Of a DNA stretch of 33,881 nt, positions 7,608-13,895 are shown piece after piece (position 1 is the first letter of the stretch; each line of letters opens with the position of its first letter). Under the pieces are notes generated by a model. The model ran no database searches. It was not told the origin of the DNA and saw only the letters and a program-made list of their open reading frames with translations. A program made the translations under genes and the position numbers. This DNA is from Acidimicrobiia bacterium (GTDB lineage: Bacteria > Actinomycetota > Acidimicrobiia > Spongiisociales > ZC4RG35): positions 1 to 33,881 of the forward strand of contig JBPCQV010000077.1 of NCBI GenBank assembly GCA_050997725.1, given 5' to 3'.

Positions 7608-8615
7608 CTACATATCAGAGCTCATCACCACGCTCGGCGAGATGCTTTCGTAGTAGACCACGATCACCGGGTTGCCCCATTCGTAAGCAACCACAGTTAT
7701 CTGCCCAGAGGCTGACTCCGTCTGTTGAAAGGTAATGCCCGGGCCAGGGACGAGGGTCTTGTAGTTCCTCACTTCCAGCAGCTGGCCGGACGGGGTCGAG
7801 TATTTGATGGTTGGACGCTGATCTGCACCGGTGTGCGGCTCGTAGGCGACGTTCGGCTCCGGGCACTGGCCGAGCTCTTGGGGGGCGTTGGCTGGAGCGA
7901 GCGTGCCGTCGTAATACCTTTCGCCTTCCACCATCCTTTCGTCAGTCACCATTCCATAGGAAGCGGCTCCATCAACCCGCATGAAGGTGACACGACCCAC
8001 AGGCACCCCGTCCAAGGTGAGGAACCCGTAGAGGCAGCGGTAGCCGGCGCGGTCGCCATCGGTCCAACCGGTGGCGAGTCCGTACGGCAGGGAGCGCATA
8101 TACACCGCGTTCCACCAGGAACGGTTCGGCCCGTTGTCCACAATGGCTCCCAACATGACGGTCCAGTGCTCACCGGATGGCACCGGAAGTGTTGTGGAGC
8201 TGGTCGGTGGAGGCGCGGTCGTTGTCGTCGTTTCCGATGGCCGAGTCGTCGTCGTCGCCGGTGGGGCGGTGGTGGTCGTCGCCGGTGGGGCGGTGGTGGT
8301 CGTCGTGACGATTGTCGTCGTGCTGGCGGTCGTGGTTGTGCGCAAAGTCGTCGTTGTCGGTGGCAACGTCGTCTCCGGCGCGGTGGTGTTCGGCGGTTGC
8401 TTGGGTCTGGTCGTGGTTGTCGCTTGCGGTCGATCGCGATCTCGCCTACGGATATCCATCCTCTTCGCGTCGAGCCGCTCAACCCTGGCGCCGGCAACCG
8501 CAACGCCCGCTGATTGTTGCTCCTTCGTTTGAGCAAGAGAGCCGCCAACGCCGGCGATTCCCATGATCATCAGAGAAACGACAATGAGTGCGCCAGCTGC
8601 GCGTATTGCGTTCAT
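7608..8615 (-). CDS. secreted or membrane-anchored protein with mucin-like Thr/Pro-rich linker and globular C-terminal domain
   Basis: ATG 8615 is preceded by GGAGAGGGAG. The hydrophobic N-terminus is MNAIRAAGALIVVSLMIMGIAGVGG. An approximately 80-aa stretch (nt 8184-8423) is dominated by T, P and A. The C-terminal approximately 190 aa have ordinary composition. The ORF extension to 8681 was rejected. Confidence 0.7.
   Translation of the reverse strand: MNAIRAAGALIVVSLMIMGIAGVGGSLAQTKEQQSAGVAVAGARVERLDAKRMDIRRRDRDRPQATTTTRPKQPPNTTAPETTLPPTTTTLRTTTTASTTTIVTTTTTAPPATTTTAPPATTTTRPSETTTTTAPPPTSSTTLPVPSGEHWTVMLGAIVDNGPNRSWWNAVYMRSLPYGLATGWTDGDRAGYRCLYGFLTLDGVPVGRVTFMRVDGAASYGMVTDERMVEGERYYDGTLAPANAPQELGQCPEPNVAYEPHTGADQRPTIKYSTPSGQLLEVRNYKTLVPGPGITFQQTESASGQITVVAYEWGNPVIVVYYESISPSVVMSSDM
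8251..8298. repeat. 24-bp perfect tandem duplication inside the Thr/Pro-rich coding region
   Basis: GTCGTCGCCGGTGGGGCGGTGGTG occurs twice in tandem. On the minus strand this encodes the duplicated TTTTAPPA unit. Confidence 0.6.
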
Positions 8616-8843
8616 ATATTCTCCCTCTCCGTACCACTCCACTTGCGCTCTCCCGAGCCCGGAGTTCCCTTTCGGCACCAAAGGCTGGACCCTTAATAGT
8701 TCTCAAGTGCTATGGGAAATACTGGCCAGCTGGTCTTGGCAGAATCCTCAAGGTGGCAGGTTGCAGGTGAGCCAAATGACCCGCCACGCGACAAACTTGT
8801 CCACATCTGTTCGTCACCCGAGAATTTGCGGAGCGTCTATTTC

Positions 8844-10427
8844 CTAGCCGAAAGCGCGGTGCAAGAACGCTGCCATCTGGCCCCGAGTTACGAGCTCCGT
8901 GGGGCAAAAGCGAGCGTTGGGTGGAGGAGCGCAACCGAAGGTGATGCCGGCGGCGGCGACCTTGTCGATATCTGTTTCGAACACCGACCCGTCGTCATCG
9001 GTGAAGAGATCTCCTCCACCGTCGTCCATGAGGTTGAGCGCCCGCGAGAGGAACGCGACCATCTCGCCGCGGGTGACGAGCCCCCCCGGACAGAAGAGCG
9101 CGTTGGGAGGCGGCTGGCAACCGGTGGTGATGCCGGCCGTGGCGATCTTGTCGATGTCGTTCTCGAAAATCGAGGTGTCGTCGTCACCGAAGAGATCCCC
9201 GCCGCCGTTGTTGACGAGGTTGAGCGCCCGGGAGAGGAACGCGGCCATCTCGCCGCGGGTGACGAGGCCATTGGGACAGAACAGAGCATTGGGAGCCGGC
9301 TTGCACCCGTTGGTGATGCCCTGATCGGCAATCCAGACGATGTCGGCGGCGAACGGCGAGCCGCCAATGTCAATGAAACCGGTGGGGAGGGGTCCGCTGC
9401 CACAGGCGACTCCGGCGGCTAAGAACCATGGACAGGACGTCGGGGCCGAGATGAAGTGAGCGAGGAGCATGGCGGCGTTTTTGGCCTCGCCGCTCGCGGA
9501 CGGATGGATGCCGTCATCCTCGTAGTCGGCGCATAGCCATTCGAGGCCGTCGGCGCGCCCAGCCTGCCCTCCGGGAGCGTCGTCCGCCCCCAGGCCGTTC
9601 GCCCATACGTATGGGCCCCACGCGAGCCACGGCGCCACCACTGGACCGGCCGCGGAGTTGGCGTTGAGATTGCCGACGCCGCTGATCTGGTCCTGGATGG
9701 TCCATTTGACACCAAAGCCTTCCTCGAAAGCGATGGGCTCGATGTCGGGATGGTCGACCCCGTAGCCCGTATAGAAGAGGCTGGTGAGGTAGGCGAGCCG
9801 GACGTTGGGAAACTGGGTTTTCAAATTCCGGAGGACGATCTCGAGCTTGTCGCGGTAGCTCCATTGCTCCGTTGGGAATGGAAGCGGAAGCGGGTTGCGG
9901 TCGGGAAGCATGACCCAGGCCACTTGGACCTGCGCGGGTGTGGCGCCGGCACTGCCAACCCGCGTATCGACTTCGGCCCAGGTTGAAGCCGAGGGGTCCA
10001 ACCAAGAATCGATTGGCTCGCCACCGATACCACCGTTGACCAGGACGACGGAAGGGGAGACTCGCGAATCGCCTGCGGCCAAGGAGACGAATGCCCCAAA
10101 GTCCTGGGCAGCGTTGGAGACTCCGATGGACACAAGGACGACCTGGCCGGCGGGGTCGGGATTGCCGCTGGCGTCGAGAGGCTGCACCTGGCCGGCCAGA
10201 CTGAGCCCCAAAGACGCCTGGCCGGCCGGGATCGAATTGGAGCCGCCTGGATAAAGCCCACCTTGCAGCCCCTGGTAGGTGCCCGTGCCAAGGTCGGGGA
10301 GCGCGGTGAGGCCGGGGAGGAAGCTGTTGGAGCAGATGGCGGCCTGGGCGATGCCTGCCGGGCCTGTCCAACCAACCAGCCCCATCACCAAAGCCAGAAG
10401 CGTCGAGGCGAGACGCGGGAACCTCAC
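8844..10427 (-). CDS. secreted SGNH/GDSL-like esterase with three C-terminal SLH-like repeats
   Basis: Signal peptide MRFPRLASTLLALVMGLVGWTGPAGIAQA. SGNH-like blocks are VSIGVSNA, VNGGIGGEP and DGIHPSASGEAK. The C-terminal 177 aa form three 53-54-aa repeats. Confidence 0.75.
   Translation of the reverse strand: MRFPRLASTLLALVMGLVGWTGPAGIAQAAICSNSFLPGLTALPDLGTGTYQGLQGGLYPGGSNSIPAGQASLGLSLAGQVQPLDASGNPDPAGQVVLVSIGVSNAAQDFGAFVSLAAGDSRVSPSVVLVNGGIGGEPIDSWLDPSASTWAEVDTRVGSAGATPAQVQVAWVMLPDRNPLPLPFPTEQWSYRDKLEIVLRNLKTQFPNVRLAYLTSLFYTGYGVDHPDIEPIAFEEGFGVKWTIQDQISGVGNLNANSAAGPVVAPWLAWGPYVWANGLGADDAPGGQAGRADGLEWLCADYEDDGIHPSASGEAKNAAMLLAHFISAPTSCPWFLAAGVACGSGPLPTGFIDIGGSPFAADIVWIADQGITNGCKPAPNALFCPNGLVTRGEMAAFLSRALNLVNNGGGDLFGDDDTSIFENDIDKIATAGITTGCQPPPNALFCPGGLVTRGEMVAFLSRALNLMDDGGGDLFTDDDGSVFETDIDKVAAAGITFGCAPPPNARFCPTELVTRGQMAAFLHRAFG
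8847..9377 (-). repeat. three tandem SLH-like domain repeats (coding)
   Basis: Three copies of F-x-D-x(5-7)-F-x-x-D-I-x(5)-GIT-x-GC-x(4-7)-FCP-x(3)-VTRG-x-M-A-FL-x-RA. Units are joined by GGGDL-containing linkers. Confidence 0.7.
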
Positions 10428-10543
10428 TGGTTCACTCTAAAGGGTCGGAATGCTCAGGAAACCTCGTAGACATGCAAGAGGCCGCTGGGTAGAGTCCCGG
10501 TCCTAGCAAACTGCTGGTGGGGTGGGAAACTAGGTTCGTGCAA

Positions 10544-10561
10544 GGGTCCGTTGGGTCCGTT
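10544..10561. repeat. tandem 9-mer in the divergent intergenic region upstream of the carrier-protein operon
   Basis: GGGTCCGTT GGGTCCGTT, about 90 nt upstream of GTG 10651, within the lower-GC 223-bp intergenic region 10428-10650. Confidence 0.5.
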
Positions 10562-10650
10562 ATGCGAGCAGCCGGGGTTTCGATTTAATCGTTTCCTGGG
10601 CCGTTGTTTTAACCTTCCCGCCTCGATTCAGACAAGGAGGGTGACCGAAG

Positions 10651-10893
10651 GTGGCATCGATAGAGGATCAGATCAAAGAGCACATCATCTCTGAGTTCAA
10701 TGCGAGCGCCGACCTCTCCGACGAGACTCGACTGATTGACACCGAGGTCATTGACTCTCTCGGGATCTTTCTGTTGGTCAACTTCCTCCAAGATCGATTT
10801 GGAGTCGAGGTCGACCCTGAGGAGGTGACGCTCGAGAACTTCGAGTCCGTTTCGGCAATGGCAGGGCTCGTGTCCAGCAAGCGCCCCGCGTGA
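10651..10893 (+). CDS. acyl/peptidyl carrier protein (phosphopantetheine-binding)
   Basis: 80 aa, acidic. The DSLG phosphopantetheine attachment motif lies in EVIDSLGIFLLVNFLQ at the expected position. AAGGAGGG RBS lies 8 nt before GTG 10651. Confidence 0.85.
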   Translation: MASIEDQIKEHIISEFNASADLSDETRLIDTEVIDSLGIFLLVNFLQDRFGVEVDPEEVTLENFESVSAMAGLVSSKRPA

Positions 10894-11561
10894 CAGCTCG
10901 ACTTGGGGGCCAGCCCCAATTGCGGGTGTTGGCGGTCGGCGGCGCCGAGCTGATCGACCTGGTCGCATCTCGGGAGGATGGCGGAACCAAGCTGACGAAG
11001 GGCTTGGCCGAGAAGGTGACTGACGATTTCGACGGTAAGTACAAGGTCGAGCTCGAGAGCCGGGCGGGGGCGACAGCGGCCGAGCTAGTCGCCGATCTGG
11101 CCGGTCTGCAGGCCGACCCCCCCGATGTTGTAGTTCTCTCCCTGCTGCCAGACGTGGTCGCCGCCGGCCGGCTCGACGTGGAAACCTTTCGAGCAGCGCT
11201 CCGGGCCTTGTGCGTCTCCCTCAAAGAGGCGGGTTCCTACGTGTTGATCGCCAATGTGTCGACCGTCGACAGTGCAGACACTGTGACCAATTACTTCGGA
11301 TGGTCGGGAGACTCCCCGAACCTGCGCGCTCACAAGGTGGCGTCAACCATTCTCGATCTTTCCAACCAGCTCGGCATCTCGGTTATCGATTCCGATCGCT
11401 TGCTCGCCGAGATCGGCGCCCACGGACATGTGGAATCCCTCGGCCACTATTCCGCCGATGCCTCGGCCGTGATCCGCGACGAGATCTATCGGATACTGGC
11501 CGACTACGGCTTTTTCGAGGAGCGACCGTTGATGGCTCAGGCGGGGGCGAAGCAGCGATGA
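10890..11561 (+). CDS. hypothetical protein, SGNH-hydrolase-like fold suspected (non-canonical catalytic blocks)
   Basis: 223 aa with a GTGA overlap onto the carrier gene. The block order resembles SGNH enzymes: RVLAVGGAE, DVVVLSLLPDV, YVLIANVS and LGHYSADASAVIRDEI. The block-I Ser is absent. Confidence 0.55.
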   Translation: MTARLGGQPQLRVLAVGGAELIDLVASREDGGTKLTKGLAEKVTDDFDGKYKVELESRAGATAAELVADLAGLQADPPDVVVLSLLPDVVAAGRLDVETFRAALRALCVSLKEAGSYVLIANVSTVDSADTVTNYFGWSGDSPNLRAHKVASTILDLSNQLGISVIDSDRLLAEIGAHGHVESLGHYSADASAVIRDEIYRILADYGFFEERPLMAQAGAKQR

Positions 11562-11983
11562 TCCTCCTTCTGCGGGTGCCTTACCTCGAGAAGTTCGCTC
11601 GTGCGGGCAGGGTCGCCACCTGGCACGTCGGCGTCGGGGCCGCGGTCGGGTTTGGCGACCAAATCTGCGACATCTCGCTGAGCTCATGGATGGCCTTGCG
11701 CAAGACCAAACGGGCTCACAAGCTGGTTCAGTTCGACGCCAAGGCCAAGAACCGCAACCAGTTCGAGGTCCGGCAGGGCGAAGACATGCTCGTGATGAGA
11801 GTTGTGGCCTCCGAAAGTGGATACTTGCGTGAGATCATTGCTCGGGAGGGCCACACGGTGGTTCTCGACGACTTGATGGCGATATTCAGCACCGAGCCTG
11901 AAGAATCGTTGCCGGCGGACTCGTCAGACGCCACCAGCATGCGAGTGGTGGCAAACGCCTTGGAAGTAGAGGAAACGGGATGA
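11558..11983 (+). CDS. hypothetical protein with lipoyl/biotinyl-like hybrid-barrel signature
   Basis: 141 aa from ATG 11558, with ATGA overlaps at both ends. RVPYLEKFARAGRVATWHVGVGAAVGFGDQICDI ... GYLREIIAREGHTVVLDDLMAIF resembles a lipoyl domain. The ORF-track extension from 11210 overlaps the upstream gene and was rejected. Confidence 0.5.
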   Translation: MILLLRVPYLEKFARAGRVATWHVGVGAAVGFGDQICDISLSSWMALRKTKRAHKLVQFDAKAKNRNQFEVRQGEDMLVMRVVASESGYLREIIAREGHTVVLDDLMAIFSTEPEESLPADSSDATSMRVVANALEVEETG

Positions 11984-12996
11984 CCGCGGTGGAAAAGGCC
12001 CTGAAAGGGGGGGTCAAGATCGTCCGCCGGGTGGTTGGCCCGAACGGCAAGCTGGAGCGCTTCGTACGCGACAAGTACTTGCGCGGCCAGCGGGCCAAGA
12101 TCACGAAAGAGAGCGGCCCTGGCTGGGTTCAGCAAAGCGGGGGAAACTTCGTCGTGATGAAATCGACCAAGGACGACGGATCCCGCACCGGAATCGTGCT
12201 CCGCGGCGGCTGCGACCTGCCTTCGATCTTCGTGTCGGCGCCAATGCTTCGTCAACATCTAAAAGGCACCCTGGCGATCTACAAGGACCAATACGGCGGT
12301 CAGGCCGGCGCCAGCAGCACCCGCCAAATGCTCCAGACGCTCGACGGGATCCCGGCCGAGCATCTTGACGAAGCCCGACGGCGACTAAAGCTCGGCGCCC
12401 GGGTGTTCGAGCCGCACATCTTCTCCCCAGAGCCCTTTTCGATCCATCGCTCGCCAGAGTTCGGGACCTTTCCCAAGGATGTGATCGTGCTGTCCAACGG
12501 CTCCGACCTGACGAGGACGCTCCATCGCCACAAGGAGCATGGCTACCTGGTTGACCTCGGCGGTTTGTGGCTTCACCAGTCGCTGGAGAAGGCCATCCAG
12601 GACACGGACACACTCAACTGGTTCAAGAAGAACTTCGAGAGCGTTGGCAGAATCAGGGTTGATGACTTCTACGCCAACATGGGCAGGCTCATCGCGGCCC
12701 TCCGCGAGCGCTCCAAGGCCCACGTCGTGGTGCTCAACTCGCTCGTCATCGACCCGTCGAAGCCGGTTCACAACTACCAGCTGATGAACAACGCTCACAG
12801 CCGGCGGCGGCGTGAATTTCATCTCGCTCTCGCCGAGCTCTCTCGAAACATGGACTTTCACATCATTGACGTGGACCGGGCATTGAAGGGTGTGGGCGTC
12901 CGCGAGCAGATCGACTTCGTTCATTTCCCCGTCGAGGGAATGATGCCGATCGCCGAGCAGGCCTACCGAGTCCTCCGGGAGCTGGAAGTCGTTTGA
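11980..12996 (+). CDS. hypothetical protein, second SGNH-like protein
   Basis: 338 aa. Candidate blocks are DVIVLSNGSDLTR, HVVVLNSLVIDP and IDFVHFPVEGMMPIAEQAYRVL. It is translationally coupled at both ends. Confidence 0.55.
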   Translation: MTAVEKALKGGVKIVRRVVGPNGKLERFVRDKYLRGQRAKITKESGPGWVQQSGGNFVVMKSTKDDGSRTGIVLRGGCDLPSIFVSAPMLRQHLKGTLAIYKDQYGGQAGASSTRQMLQTLDGIPAEHLDEARRRLKLGARVFEPHIFSPEPFSIHRSPEFGTFPKDVIVLSNGSDLTRTLHRHKEHGYLVDLGGLWLHQSLEKAIQDTDTLNWFKKNFESVGRIRVDDFYANMGRLIAALRERSKAHVVVLNSLVIDPSKPVHNYQLMNNAHSRRRREFHLALAELSRNMDFHIIDVDRALKGVGVREQIDFVHFPVEGMMPIAEQAYRVLRELEVV

Positions 12997-13895
12997 TGGA
13001 GGAGGTTAAGGGCGCGACCTGCGCCCTCATCCTCTCCGACAAGTCCTCCGGGTCGAGCATCCTCCAGACCGAGATGCTCAAGCATCCGTCGGTCCGCGCC
13101 TTGGCCAAAACTCCCCATCAGGAGGGAGAAACCCTGTTTTGGAACAAAGCGGCTGCCTTGTTGGGCCGCGGCCAAGAACAAATTGCCCACTCTCACGTCC
13201 TTCCTATGGAGCCTTCTCGCGCCCGGCAAGCGCTGGAATCCCTCTGCACCGACAACGCCCCCGGCTTTGAGGTGCCTAGCGACGACCGCGCCCTCGTCTT
13301 CGAGGGCTGGAGAGCGCTAGCCCACGCCCACCGGCCGGTCTTCTTAGAGAAATCACCTCACCACTTGCACTATCGGACCGCGCTAGCGCTGATTCTGGAG
13401 GCGGAGGATCGACAGTCCGAACTCGCCTTTCGTTTCATCGGTCTCGTTCGCGACCCAATGGACACGATTTACTCGATGTGGAATCGCTGGCGAGTTCCGC
13501 CCGAGAAAAGCCAGCACGACTGGGTCCGCGCCTATCAGAACCTGCTCTGGCTGAAGGCACAGGTTGGGGAGAGGACGCTGCTCGTGCGGTATGAAGACTT
13601 GGTCTCGGACCCCGCCTGCTTGCAAAGGATATGCGCCTTGGTCGGCATCGAAACGTTGGCGGGAATGGGCTCTGGCTTCTCCCCCGCCTCGGTCGGCGCA
13701 TGGCGCAAGGACAAGGGATTCGGATTCCAACCCGCTCCCGAGGTCAACGCGCTTGCCGGCACTCTGGGTTACCCGCCGCCGGAGCTTGCTCGGGGACGCT
13801 TTTGGCCGCTGCGACGCGAGCTGGGCATCGCCGCCCGGCGTATGCGGGGAGGGCGCTTTTCCCGCAAAGGGCGTCCCTCCGCGGCGAAGCCCTAA
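12996..13895 (+). CDS. sulfotransferase
   Basis: P-loop-like ILSDKSSGSSIL, FLEKSPHH, 3'-phosphate motif LVRDPMDTIYS, and LLVRYEDLVSDPACLQRICALVGIE. ATG 12996 shares a base with the upstream TGA. Confidence 0.75.
   Translation: MEEVKGATCALILSDKSSGSSILQTEMLKHPSVRALAKTPHQEGETLFWNKAAALLGRGQEQIAHSHVLPMEPSRARQALESLCTDNAPGFEVPSDDRALVFEGWRALAHAHRPVFLEKSPHHLHYRTALALILEAEDRQSELAFRFIGLVRDPMDTIYSMWNRWRVPPEKSQHDWVRAYQNLLWLKAQVGERTLLVRYEDLVSDPACLQRICALVGIETLAGMGSGFSPASVGAWRKDKGFGFQPAPEVNALAGTLGYPPPELARGRFWPLRRELGIAARRMRGGRFSRKGRPSAAKP

Noticed and set aside
7946-8548. Arg-rich (7946-8548) and Val-rich (8071-8532) ORFs across the Thr/Pro-rich region
   Set aside because: They are alternative-frame and antisense readings of the ACC/ACG-rich Thr-coding repeat, with extreme single-residue bias. 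The Thr/Pro frame has an RBS, a signal anchor and a globular domain.
11210-11557. Upstream extensions of ORFs 11210-11983, 24082-25125 and 27109-28167
   Set aside because: Each extension overlaps the preceding, motif-supported gene. Internal ATG starts at 11558, 24283 and 27229 give the 1-8-nt couplings seen elsewhere in the locus.
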